From Emiliania huxleyi CCMP1516 (lineage: Eukaryota), in the NCBI RefSeq assembly GCF_000372725.1, contig NW_005201403.1, positions 325,246-389,245 on the forward strand: a DNA stretch of 64,000 nt, read 5' to 3'. The notes below the pieces were generated by a model. That model saw nothing but the letters and a program-made list of their open reading frames with translations. It did not search any database and was not told the DNA's origin. This document shows, in pieces, positions 11,361 through 26,900 of the stretch (the first letter of the stretch is position 1; each line of letters begins with the position of its first letter). Both the position numbers and the translations under genes were made by a program.

Positions 11361-11477
11361 GTCGTTTCGCAGCCGCTGTCATGACATATTGACCACGTCA
11401 TGACGGTTAACAGCCGTTTTAACCGTCATGACGTGAACTTTCCATAGTCTCTAAGCTCAAAAAAAGAAAGTGGGATT

Positions 11478-11860
11478 TCAAAATCGTCGGGAATTCGGAT
11501 ACAACTTCTTCTCGGTAGCTGCGATCGAGTAGTAGTTGCCCTCGCTGTCGCTCAGCAGCGCGTCGCGGACCAAGCGCTTGATGAGCGCGTGACGCGACGA
11601 AGGCGTGTTGGATATCAGCTGTCGCGTTATTACTTCGGCGATCCGACGCGTGTTCTCCTTACCAGTCCGCCAGGTCTGGATGGCGTCGAGGAGCTCCGCA
11701 CAGCACAACACGCCCTTCAAGAAGAAGTGAAGGCTGCGCTCGGTCGGCACGCGCCAGGCCGGAGGTAGTAACAGGCCGCGCTTGATGCGAAGCTCGCGCT
11801 GCTTGCGGCTGAAAGTACCAGCCGGGGCGCGAGGCACGCGCGCCTCGAGCGGCGGCGCCA
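11478..11860 (-). CDS. Small intronless ORF of unknown function next to a dispersed repeat
   Basis: MAPPLEARV...KKLYPNSRRF has coding-like composition but no motif. Confidence 0.35.
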
Positions 11861-12019
11861 TACAAATCGTGGCCGGAGCGGCCCCAAGGGGGACGCTAGC
11901 AGCACGCCCGCACACCTGAGACAGCCTCGATGTGCTCTAGCAAAAGAATTTGAGCGCGTTTGTTCGGTCTGGGTCTCGATCCGTAAGACTTTTTTTTATC
12001 TTCAGTCTATGTCAGGTGT

Positions 12020-12580
12020 GTGTTCTTTTTGCTTGGGGCGGCACTCATGCCGGGTAGGTAGGGTAGGTCTGCGCCCTCCCGTCGGGTTTTCCCCCTCTCT
12101 TCAAGCTGCTGGAATTTCAAAAAAGAATTTTTTCGCGGAAATCACGATGTCAACCCTCCCCAAATGGGTGATCTGATGCTTGTAGGGCTTGAGAGTGGCC
12201 TGCCATGTGCATGTCACAAGAAGGACTGTGGTTGCAGGAGAGTACCACCAACAATCATAGTTGGTATTGTACCCCACCTTCACCCATCGAGTGATTTCTT
12301 TTTTAGTTTCCCATAAGTAAGGTAGGTAGGTAGGTAGGTAGGTAGGTAGGGGCAGGGCAGGGGCACTTGGAGCACTTGAGGCCGGCCAGGTTTTTGCAGA
12401 ATTTCAGCACGAGTGCCGAATTTCAGCATGAGTGCCGCCCCGAGCAAAAAGAATTTTACAACAAAACTCCCTCGCACAACACTGGGCACGGGCGCACTGG
12501 CACAGCAAAAAGTATTTTTCAACAAAACTCCCACAACAGTCAACACTGCTCACTGGGCACGGGACTGGCGCGCACTGGTT
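12020..12580. mobile_element. Dispersed repeat, copy 1 (putative DNA-transposon terminal region)
   Basis: 12023-12400 is a diverged reverse complement of about 40059-40412. The motif CACTGGGCACGGGACTGGCGCGCACTG at about 12551-12577 recurs at about 41890-41915. Confidence 0.7.
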
Positions 12581-12914
12581 GAGCAAAAAGGACACATGCC
12601 TTGTGCTTACGTTTTTGAGCTTAGCCTTCGATGTTATGAAACAAACGCAAGGGGGACATGGCATATCGCTCTCGGGCCCACAGACATCCCGCACACCCGC
12701 CGCCCCTGCGCGCGCCCCCCGGCCGGGAGAAAGGGGAGTGACAGTTTGGGATGGCAACAGTCGAGTACCTCGCACTCCATGTGCGAGAACGCAGAGAGAA
12801 AATGAAAGCCGTCCGGCGCCCAAGTCCGGCTCACGCGCCCCGAGCTGACCCTCTACCGCACTGGTCACTTCCGCCCCCTCGCTCCCAACCCATCCACCTC
12901 GCCGACCGCAGAAC

Positions 12915-13020
12915 CGCGCGATCTCGGGCGATCTCGGGCCGCGCCGCGCGATCTCGGGCGATCTCGCGCTATCTCGGGCGATCTCGGGGCCGCGCCGCGC
13001 TATCTCGGGCGATCTCGGAG
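12915..13020. repeat. (GCGATCTCGG)n-type satellite
   Basis: Tandem 10-11-mers. Confidence 0.9.
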
Positions 13021-13252
13021 CGTCGCTCGCGCGGCGGCACACACACCTGCTCAAAAAAGGAAGCCGGTTGGAGCCACGGGGCTCACGTGCTCGCTCGGTT
13101 CTCGCCGCCTCACTCTGCGCCACGAGGGCCGGTGAGGCGGCGCCCCGCGCGGCGCGTTCATCGCCCTCCAGCCGACCCCCGCGCCAACCGCTCATCTGCC
13201 TCATCGGGTATTCGGGTTCCTCTCGGGCTCACGCAGGTTTGAAGTCAAGCCG

Positions 13253-15746
13253 ATGTCGTCGGTCCTCTCTCAGGCGGACGTCGACCGGCTGCGGCGCTAC
13301 GCGACGCGCCGGCCCGCGCAGTCGCGTGAGGCCGCTGAGGCCGAGGTCCAGGCCGAGACGGAGAGGATCTGGCGCGAGCGCGAGGCCGCCGAGCTGCGTC
13401 GAGACCCGACCTTTGCGCAGATCCCGCGCTTCCACCTCAAGCGCTCTCACGCCCCGCGCACGAGCGCCCACCGGGGCGGCGGCGGCGGTGGCGCGCGCGC
13501 GAGTGCCGCCAGCTCTGCCGACGACCAGCGGCGCGCGCTCGAGGAGGGCGTCGGCAAGCTCGCTCGCCGGCGGCTGCGCGAGCACATGCTGTCGCTCATG
13601 CTTGAGCCGGCGGAGCTGGACGAGTGCTGGCGGCTGCTGCGCGCGCACGCGTCGCCGCCCGCGTCGCCGCTCGACGAGCGCATCGACTACGCCGGCTTCT
13701 GCCGCGTTGCGGACGCCATGCCCGCGCGGCTCGGCCGGCACTTTTTCGGCGCCGAGCACTTTTTGCGCTTCCCGAATGACCCGTGGGGGCGGGTGTCGAT
13801 CGTGCACTACTTTTGCTGGCTGCGCAGCAAGACCGCGATCCTGCGCACGCGGATCGAGTTCTCGATCTACGACCACTCCACCGATGGCACGCTTGGCGAG
13901 CGGGAGCGGGAGCCGCGGCGAGTGCGCAGATTTCTTGTTGCGGCTGATGCAGCTCCTTGTTGACAGGCGAGCGAGAGCTGGAGCAGTGGGTGTCGGACCT
14001 GCTGCCGCAGCTGCCGGCGCTGCGCGAGCTACGCGAGGAGTTCTTCCCCTTCTACAAGGCGACGAGAGACAGCCGAGAGACAGCCGAGAGACAGCCGAGA
14101 GACAGCCGAGAGACAGCCGAGAGACAGCCGAGAGACAGCCGAGAGACAGCCGAGCTGCGCGAGGAGCTCTCCTCACCTGTGTGCAAGGTGACTGCCGTGC
14201 GAAAGTTCTTCTTCTTCCTCGACCCGCGCCGGCGCGGCCGCATGTCGCCACCACCCCCAATGCTCTCCTCTGCGAGATCACCCGAGATTGCCCGAGACTA
14301 GGCGAGGCCGCATCTCGCTGCAAAAGATGCTGTCCTCGCCGATCATGCACGAACTGCTCGAGCTGCGCAGAGGCGAGGCTTGCCGAGATGGGCCGAGATG
14401 GGTCGGCCGAGGGGGAGGGTGGCCGAGGGTGGCCGAGGGTGGCCGAGGGTGGCCGGGGTTGCTTCTCACGAGTCTGGTGGCTGTGCAGGCGACTTGGGCC
14501 AGGAGGAGCTGCGCCAGAACTGGTTCTCGCTCGAGTACGAGACGCTGCACTGCAGGGCTGCATCGGCCAGAGGACGTGTCGAGGTGATGCCGATGCCGTG
14601 TGTTTCGTAGGTACGCAGAGATGCTCTACTCGGACTACCTCGAGCTCGACGCGGACCAGAACGGCATGCTCTCTGTCGGCGAGCTCATGCGCTTCCGCGG
14701 CGGCGCGCCGCCAGGAGGAGGGCTGACAGCGCCATTCGTGCAGCGGGTCTTCCAGGATTGCCACCACGCACCACAGACCGCACTTGCACCTCGGAGTCAC
14801 TCGGAGTCACCTCGGAGTCACCTCGGAGTCCTCGTGGGTGATCTCGACCTGATCTCGACCTGATCTCGACCTGATCTCGACCTGCAGGAGTGCCACACGT
14901 ACCGCACCAAGAGCGACGACGGCGACACCAGAGCAAGCTCGACCGCAAGCCGTGGGCGGCGCCTCTTCACAGCGCCGGCCGTGAACAGGCGTCGCGCAGA
15001 GCGAGCTCGACTACAAGTCGTACCTCGACTTTGTGCTCGCGCACTCGTACAAGGGCACGCCCGAGGCGCTCACCTACTTCTTCAAGCTGCTCGACCTGCG
15101 CCGTGCAGGCCGGCCGCTCGGGCTGGACGCCGCCTGCACTCCTTCCGCGCTGCATGGCGTGAGACTGTGTGTGTACTAGGCCGGCTGCTCGGGCTGGACC
15201 TCGCCTACTTCTTCCGCGCGGTCCTCGAGAAGTTTGACGAGCTGGGTGAGGAGCCGAACTGCCTGGTGGCGGACGTGCAGGCGTCGACCCGGACCACGAC
15301 CATCACCCATGACCCTGACCATGACCCTCACCCCCCCTCACCCCCACCCCCACCCCCACCCCCACCCCCACCCTCACCCTCACCTGCCTTTGACCTTCAG
15401 GACGAGATCTTCGACATGGTGAAGCCGGCAGACCCGCGCTACATCACCCTGCAGGACCTCATCAACTGCAGGCCGCACCCGATGCGTTTCTCCTCCGCTC
15501 CGCAAATCTCGCCCTCAGGCGCCCCTCCCCCCTCGCAGGGTCGGGGATACCATCGTCGGCATGCTCACCGACGCGCACGCCTTTTACCAGCACGACCGGC
15601 GCGAGGAGCTCATGCCACACGACGGGGAGGGGGCGGGGGAGGGGATGGCGGGGGAGGGCGAGGCGGAGAGCAGCGGCGATACCAGTGCTGGCCAGCCGCA
15701 GCGGGAGGCGGGGGGGCCTGCGCCGGCGGCGGTAGCATTCGGTTGA
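13253..15746 (+). CDS. PPP2R3C: PP2A regulatory subunit B'' gamma (PPP2R3C / TON2-FASS-like), multi-exon
   Basis: Spliced product contains QIPRF, TAVRKFFFFLDPRRRGRI, NWFS, the EF-hand YLELDADQNGMLS, LDYKSYLDFVLA and DEIFDMVKPADPRYITLQDLINC. About 10 introns. Confidence 0.9.
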
Positions 15747-16270
15747 TGCGCGCATTGCGTCGCGAGTCGCGTGGCGTGCCAAGTGCATATATTTTGCTTC
15801 TCTCGCTCCCCGCACTCTGGAGTCAGAGACCCACGGCTCACGGGACTCACTCGGCAGTCACTCGGGAGCTCGGCGGCTCTCTCGCTCTCAAGAGTCAAGT
15901 CGTGTCAAGAGAGAAGAGACATCAGACAAAGTCAAACAAAGACCACAGCGTCTCACGGCCGGGCCGGGGGCCGCGCGGGACGGGGAGGGGGGAGGGAGGG
16001 GGGTGGATCCGTAAATCCGTAATTCCGTAAACAAAAGCCAGCAGCGAGTCCCCCCGCACCGCACCCAGCTACCAGGCAGACAGAGACACAGCACTCGCGC
16101 GACATGCTAAGAAGCCGGGGGCTGGCCTCTCTCTTGGGCCAGGTACCAATTTTGTCGAATTTATTTCAAAATCTGCAGGCGCGGAGCGCCTGCGAAAATT
16201 TTGAAGAAATTTGCAGTCGGGCCTGATTTTCATCAAGATCTTTCAAATTTGCGGTGTGGAGGTGGGGGGT

Positions 16271-16478
16271 GGGTTAGGTTAGGGTTATTAGGGTTAGAGG
16301 GTTAGGGTTAGGGTTAGGGTTGTCAGGGTTGTCTGGTTGTGTCTGTATATGCCAGCGTTGCAGGGTTCTGCGCTGGTATCTGGCCCCACAGCGCCGACGA
16401 CTAAGACTCAGCCCCACACGCTGACCTAGGGTTAGGGTTAGGGTTAGGGTTAGGGTTAGGGTTAGGGTTAGGGTTAGT
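16271..16478 (+). repeat. Interstitial telomeric (TTAGGG)n tracts
   Basis: Degenerate tract at 16271-16322 and perfect tract at about 16427-16477, each followed by a related ~90-nt unit. Confidence 0.95.
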
Positions 16479-16571
16479 CTTCTTGTGTTTGTATGCCAGC
16501 GTTGCAGAGTTCTGCGCTGGGATCTGGCCCCAGCGCCGACGAGTAAGACTCAGCACCGCACGCTGACCCCA

Positions 16572-17237
16572 CCAAATGCCGCCTCAGGGCGCCAGGCCGC
16601 CAGCCACTTCTTACACGCGGCCGGCGCCCTCTCGCGGCAAAAGGGTCGAGCGAGCGGGCAGAGTCGCGATGTCTGCGCACCCGCGTGCCGATGGGCGGCA
16701 CACGCAACCGAGAGAGGCCCTGTCACGCCGCCAGTAGCGTTCTCCGCACTCCCCACGCCACCAATTGCCGCCTCAGGGCGCCAGCCACCTCCTTACACGA
16801 TTACACGCGGCCGGCGCCCTCTCGCGGCAAAAGGGTCGAGCGAGCGGGCAGAGTCGCGCGATGTCTGCGCACCCGCGTGCCGATGGGCGGCACACGCAAC
16901 CGAGAGAGGCCCTGTCACGCCGCCAGTAGCGTTCCGCACTCCCCACGCCACCAATTGCCGCCTCAGGGCGCCAGCCACCTCTTATACACGCGGCCGGCGC
17001 CCTCTCGCGGCAAAAGGGTCGAGCGAGCGGGCAGAGTCGCGCGTTGTCTGCGCACCCGCGTGCCGATGGGCGGCACACGCAACCGAGAGAGGCCCCGTCA
17101 CGCCGCCAGTAGCGTTCTCCGCACTCCCCACGCCACCAATTGCCGCCTCAGGGCGCCAGCCACCTCTTACACGCGGCCGGCGCCCTCTCGCGGCAAAAGG
17201 GTCGAGCGAGCGGGCAGAGTCGCGATGTCCCTGCGCA
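16572..17237 (+). repeat. Tandem repeat, ~185-190 bp unit, about 3.5 copies
   Basis: Units start near 16572, 16761, 16951 and 17136 (CCAA(A/T)TGCCGCCTCAGGGCGCCAG...). Confidence 0.95.
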
Positions 17238-17766
17238 CATGGGTGTTCGCCGCCTATATGCTCTATCCTGTGCCAAGACGGACACATTTTGACAATCAAA
17301 ATCTACCTCAAAATTTGCGGCCGCCCCTCGAAATTTGCTGATCAAATTTGCGGTGGCCCGGATCGAAACCAAACACCTCTCCGACGCGCTCGACTATAGT
17401 CTGTACTTTGGCCAACCTCTCTCTCCCGTCCCCAATGCGCCGCTCGCGCTTCGCGCAACCGGCTGTCAGTCTGCACGCGCAGCAGCTCTCCGGGGTCATG
17501 CTCCATGGCCCAGGGCTATCGGCTGCTACACTGCTGTGTGCTGTGTGGCTGCTGTGTGCTCACCTCTAGAATTGTAAGAATCACAAAACTTTGACAACGG
17601 ATCACGGTCACACGCGCCATTCCCGCGAACTCCCTCAATCGCTCTCCCCTGCATACCCGCCAAGCAAGCGGCTTTGTCGCCACTTTTCGTCTGGTGCCTC
17701 TCGCGCCTCTCGTGGAGCTGCACACAGCCCTGCGAGCTGCACAGCCCGGGCGCACTTCTGCAGCGC

Positions 17767-19689
17767 TCACGGAAGGGCAAACAGCCCGTACGCCTCCTCC
17801 TCGCTGTCGTCCCCCTCGCTCTCCCCAAAGGCCAGTCCGCCCACGCCGATCGCCCCCAGCCCGCCAACCGCCCCCAGCCCGCCCCCGCCCGCCGCCCCGC
17901 CCCCGACGCGCAAGCGGGAGATGAGGGCAGAGAGCGTCGTCGCAAGGCGCTGCCTGCCCCGGCAGGTGTCCCGGACGGAGCCCAGCGCGCGCAGCTCGTG
18001 CTCGCGCCGCCGCGCCTAATCTCGGGCGATCTCGATCTCGAGCGATCTCGACGTCCTCTCGGCGTGCTCTCGGGGCCTCACGCGCCGCGTGCTGGTCACA
18101 AAAGGTTTGCAGGTGCGCAGTCAGCTCGGGCGGAGGCATCCTCTCGCCCTGCAGCGGCGAGCGCCTCGCCATGCAGGAGAGCATCGCCCCGCCCGCGAGC
18201 CGCCTGCGGTGAGGCGAGGGTGAAAGGTCGGGCAGCCTCCTCGCCACACACACAAGGCGGCGGGGCAGGGGCCAGGCTGCGACCAGCTGGGCTGCGACTC
18301 CCGACTCCACGTCTAAAGAAAGGAGCTGGGCATGAAAAGTGCAAGGCCCGGAACACGCGGGAGACTCACTCTCGACAGATGAGAATGAGACCCCTTCCCC
18401 GCCAGTCGCCACAGGAAGGAGCTCGCTCATCTCGCCTCCATCTCGGCTCATCTCGGCTGCATCTCGCCTCGTCTGCCCGACCGCAGGAAGGAGCTCGGCC
18501 GCCAACTCGGGAAAGTCGAGGGGCGGCTCCGGAGTCGAGAGGCTCTGCAGCACCAGCACGGTGCCTGCGAGAGGGCCTCGAGGGTGATTGCTACACCGAT
18601 GCATTCGCGAATACGGCGCGCGGCGCAACCGGCACGCGGCCTTCGGAGAGAGGCCGCGTCAGCACGCTGTATCTCGGCTGTATCTCGGCGATCTCTCGGC
18701 GATCTCTCGGCGGCCTTCGGAGTGAGGCCTCATCAGCACGCCCACCCGCCCGTTGTGTGACCAGGTGCCTGCAGGAGCCGGTCCGAGAAGGCTTCACGGA
18801 CGCCCGCCCGCCTCCTCCCCTCCCCCCCCCCCGTGTGGCGGGGCCAGGCGCCGTCAATGTCGGTGTAGAGCAGGCGATCCTCCACCACGTCGCTGCTACC
18901 GGCCGAGGGAAGCGGCCTGCACTGTCATCCACCGTCGATGAGTTCATCATCAATGAATGAGGTGAGCGCGCCGAGGGAAGCGGGCCTGCACTGGCACACC
19001 CACCCTCGCGACTCGGACGCGCGGGAGAACTGGAAGGCGCCGTCCGCATAGTAGGTGTGCTCCTGTGATGCATCATCGACGAGATCACCAGTCACTCATG
19101 AGTCGCGCCGCCCGCGTAGTAGGCTGTGCTCCTCTCCCCACGGCGTGAGGAAGGTGCCGTCCATCCACTCTGGCTGCCTCCGGAGCAGCCGCAGCCTCGG
19201 GCAGCGCCGCATCGCCTCGAGGACGACGACGTAGCCCACGCACTCGCAAAAGGTCAGGTGCAGCTCCTAGACAGGCCGGGACACGTCGGGGACAGATCGT
19301 GGTCGCCGCTCGCAAACGGCGAGGTGCTCCTCGATCGCGGGGCAGCCGGCCACAACGAGTCTGACGCCGTTGTTCGTGACTCGCGCCGCGCCCGTGAGGT
19401 CGAGCAGCGACAGCTGCGGCAGCCCCGCCACCGCGGAGAGGTGCGCGTCGCCGATCGGCACCCGGCGCAGCCGCAGCTCGCGCAGGCTGCTCAGTTGCCG
19501 GAGCGAGGGGCAGAGGAGGAGCGGCAGCTTACCCAAGGATAGCTCGGTGGCGGAGAGGCAGCGCTCCCGCTGGTCGCCGACTGCGGAACGCAGGGCGGCG
19601 CACGAGCAAGCGCAGTGCGCCCAGTCGGAGTGCGTGCAGTGCGCGAGCAGGAGGGCGAGCAGGTCCGGCGACAGGTCGAGCAGTTCCAT
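17767..19689 (-). CDS. F-box/LRR-like protein, multi-exon (3' exons uncertain)
   Basis: MELLDLSPDLLALLL is F-box-like. LRELRLRR, LSLLDLTG..VTNNGV and LHLTFC..V are Cys-containing LRRs. Acidic tail before the stop at 17767. Confidence 0.65.
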
Positions 19690-19933
19690 GAATGTGCTGG
19701 CCCCCCGGGGGCGGAGACGAGTTCGGCTGACCGGCCGGCTGCGGCTGTGCTGTTCTCGACTGTTAAATGGCCGCGTCCGCCCGGCGTCAGCTCAAAGAAG
19801 AAAAAGATCGCCGCCGCCTGCTTTCTTTCGACTTTTCCGTTCCGTCGAATAAAATTGGAGAAAATAAAGAAATTAACCCGCGGGTCTTCCCAGAACTATC
19901 CCTGGGGTCTCGCTCTCTCGCGCGCCCAAGTAT

Positions 19934-20155
19934 ATGCGGCCCACGTCTCGCCGCCTCTGCGACTTCCACGACCCCACGCGCCCTCCGCTGACGGCGGGCG
20001 AGCGGCTGGGAAACTTTGTCCACCGCGTCGCGGCGGGCGGGCTCATCGCGCTCTCCCTCGCCGGCCTCGGCTACATTGGGCTCGCGTGCGTCGAGGTCTT
20101 TGGCAAGCACAGGCGGAGAAAGCTCGAGGCGTCGGCGGCGGCGCAGCCGCGATGA
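19934..20155 (+). CDS. Small single-pass membrane protein (COX14-like architecture)
   Basis: 73 aa: GERLGNFVHR, then a hydrophobic helix and a basic tail. Divergently oriented from the F-box gene. Confidence 0.45.
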   Translation: MRPTSRRLCDFHDPTRPPLTAGERLGNFVHRVAAGGLIALSLAGLGYIGLACVEVFGKHRRRKLEASAAAQPR

Positions 20156-20493
20156 TCGCTCTTCGGAACGGTCGAGAGCAAGATCGTCGCAGATAAACGT
20201 GTTCTGGAGTTTGCCAACATGTCGGTGCTGTGGGGTGTGATGGCGGGGTGCGAGGCGAGCTGGGATTCGCCGTATGCCCCTGGGATCATTGACGTGCATG
20301 AAGGGTCGCACTTCGGTTGTGTGCTGTGCGCCTGTGCGCTTTGTGCGGGGTTGGTGCATGTCGGAGGCGCGCAGTCTGCGGACAGCACGCGGGCTGGGAC
20401 GGCCTCTAAGTGCGTTGTGGGTGGATGCGCAGACAATTTGCCTCCGAGCGAGTGTCGAAAGAGTGAGGTTTTGAAACGGGAGGACACAGAACT

Positions 20494-23685
<3,192 letters not shown>

Positions 23686-23934
23686 GCCGCGTGTTGTGAG
23701 AGCGGTTGCACACACACACACGTGTGTCGCCCCGGCCACACAGGACCGCAGCCGCTGTCTGCTATAGCCGCAGCCACTCCCAGCTGCTCGGTGTGAACAG
23801 AGTTCGTACCGAGCAGCAAGACCGAGGCCCTCGGTGTTCACAGCGGAGTGGCTGGGGCTATACCAGACAGCCGCAGCCGCGCTTAAAGAATTTACGCTGC
23901 GCGGGTTTCCGTTTGTGCCGCATCCTGTGCCCCC

Positions 23935-26900
23935 CTGCTCGTTCTCAGGACAAGAATGTCCATGCACACCCGACGCATCCCACGCGCCTGTGAATAACGT
24001 CTGGGAACGCTCCAGAAGATTTTTATCTACCCTATGAACCGCCAATGGCGATTCGAACCCAGGTCCTCAGATTCGAACCCAGGTCCGCCGACCATAGGTC
24101 GAGCGGCTGACATCGAAGTGAGCCGCCGATCATATGTCGAGCGGCGGTCTTCGGTTCGAGCGGCCAATCCTGGGTTGGCGGCTGTGGGGAGTGAAAAATC
24201 GTGTGTCGGAGTGATGCCACAAGCGGACTGGCGTCGTGGCGGTGTAAAAACATTTTTGTGTGCGTATTTTATTAAACTTCTTTTCTGGGCTAACGAACCC
24301 CTGCCACATTGTGAAGTGGGCAGAAAGAAGGTGTGAACAGACAGGCGGATCGAGTGTGAAGAGACGCCATGTCATCGGACCCCAAACCCGTCGGCGGCCA
24401 GTGGCACAAGGCCGCGCGCGGGGAGTTGTCCCCCCCCAAGGGCGCGAGCGAGGAAACGCTCGTGCCTCAGCTGTTCACGGCATCAGTGCCGGACCCGCGT
24501 ACCGTGCAGATTGGTAGCGGCGGGCCTGACAGCAACAAGCGCGCACAGCCCGGCGCGCAGCACTGCTTCTTCGATGAGGAGCAATTTGCACCCCGGGATT
24601 GGACCATTCTCGGGGACGGGCCGGAGAGGCGCAATACTCTCACCATCCCGCTCGGCTCGAGCACCATTCGCGAACGCCTGGACCACTTCTGCCCGATCGT
24701 CAAGGAGGATGCGACGGCGGCGGTCGCCGCGATTGAGTCGACGTGGACGGCCTTCCGATTTTACTGCCCATGCGAGTGCGCACCCGAGAGAGACATCTCG
24801 AAGGTCAAGATCCGACCAGTGCGCGACCCACGATCCGTACCGGTGTCACAGCCGGTCATGCCAATGCTATCCACTGCGCCTACAACGCTACCCTATGCAG
24901 CCGACCTGTGGCATCGACGCTACGGGCATATGCCCGCGTCGACTATGATGATGTTGCCACATGTCACGACGGGGTGTGAATTTAAGCTTACCCCGCAACA
25001 AGCTAAGCGCCATCGGGACTCATGCAGTATATGCATACAATCCCGAATGCGAAGGGCGCCCGAGACAAAGAAGGCGCCCCGTTTTGAGAAGTCGCGCGCC
25101 CCCGGCGAGCTTGTCCACTCGGACCTACTCGGACCGCTCCCCACGAGTCTAGATGGGGGGTATCGGTACCTCGCTGTTTTTGTCGACGACTTCTCGCGCT
25201 ACATCATGGTATATCCGATGCGAGAAAAGGGTGAACTCGAAGTCCAGTACGCCCGATTCGAGCAAGACATGTCGGAATACTTCATCAGCCAGCGTCGCCA
25301 ACTACACACTGATAATGGTGGGGAGTTCATGAGCAAGTCGCTGGCCGAATACCTCACCACGAACGAGATTAAACACACCACCAGCTCTCCATACTCGCCG
25401 AACCAAAACGCCATCGCCGAACAGGCGATGTGGCGGCTCTGTTCGGTGGCGAGGGCGATGCTGCTTGAATGCGGACTCCCTACCTGCCACTGGGCAATGG
25501 CGCTCACGCAAGCAGCGCTACGACTCAACATCACGCCTCGACGCACGATCCGAGCCGGATCCAAAATTAAAGGCGCGAGCCCCGACCCAAGCGATGTGGC
25601 CTGGACCACCCCTTATGAACGTCTAAAAGGGCGCAAGCCAAACGTGCGCTTCCTGCGTGTGTTTGGATGCCGGGCCTGGGTACTCAACGAGCCTATCCAA
25701 GGACGTGCCAAGCTCGAGTCAATCGCGACAGAGGGATGGTGCATCGGGCCAGCGCGATACTCGCGTGGAATGGTCATTTACATCCCCGACAGCGAATCGC
25801 CCAACGACTTAACAAAAGGCAAGTACAAGATCACCCGGAACATCCGGGTAGACGAGTCGTTCACGCCTAAGGGACGCGTCGACAGCGGGCCATCACTAGC
25901 GCCTCCGATCGTCGCGGGGAGTGAACGCCCCCAGGCAAAGGACGTGATACTCTTCCGAGTCCCTGCCAAAGCAAAGCCTGGTGACGTGCTCGATGTCACC
26001 TCGCCCAAGACGGGAAGAAGCGTGCAAATACGTGTCGCCGAGAGGATGTACCCAGAAACATACTGGACGGCGTACGACACGACCATCCCGAACGCCGACG
26101 ACGCTGTCTTTGGCACAGCGCAATCAATAATCGACGCGAGCGCTGATGGAGCCGACGCTGGGAGCACCACTGCACCCTCGCGGGGCCTTCCCACAGAGGG
26201 GGTGCTAGTCGGCGGCAAAAGCAAGCAGCTCAAGAAGATATCCAAGCGCGCTCGCGACAACGCCATCAAGGGTGGCCCCGTCAACAGCCCGTCGTCTGAC
26301 CCGACACTTCCACCAACCTGGGTGACAGCTGTTCCAGGGGGTGGCGCCCCCGGGGACGATGTCACCTGGGCAACTCCGGTCCCACCGCCCAGGGTGACCG
26401 CTGTGCCCGGAGGGCCCAAAGGTACTGACGTGACTTGGGCGAGCGTCGCTGGGCGCCATGACAGCCAGCAGCCTACAGCCCAAGCCTCGGCTGAGGGGGT
26501 GGACGGCGCGCAGCTCGTGACTGCGAACATGACGCATACAATGCGCATGCACAGGACAGACTTCGAGGAGCTCAGCGAGGCTCTCGAAGACGGTGACGAG
26601 GAAGCGATCGAGCAGTTCATCACCAAGCAGAAGATGTTACGAGGCGATGACCCCGACATCACATACACGGTCGGCATCCCCCCAAGCTGCAAGTCTGCCC
26701 TAACGGGCCCTGACAAAGAGAAATGGATACCGTCATACACTGAGGAGCTAACGGCACTCCAACAAAATAAGACGTTCTCCGTAGAGGACATCCCCGCCGG
26801 CGTCCATGTCATCGACCCAACAGTTGTGCGAGATGTCAAACGTGATGAGAACGGCCGCCCAGACCGCTGGAAGACGCGCGTCTGCGCTCGAGGCTTCATG

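Noticed and set aside
16271..16478. True chromosome end
   Set aside because: Tracts are short and flanked by genes on both sides.
16572..17237. Repeat arrays (also 30761-31003, 33830-33952) as possible CRISPR
   Set aside because: Units are contiguous with no unique spacers, there are no cas genes, and the context is eukaryotic.
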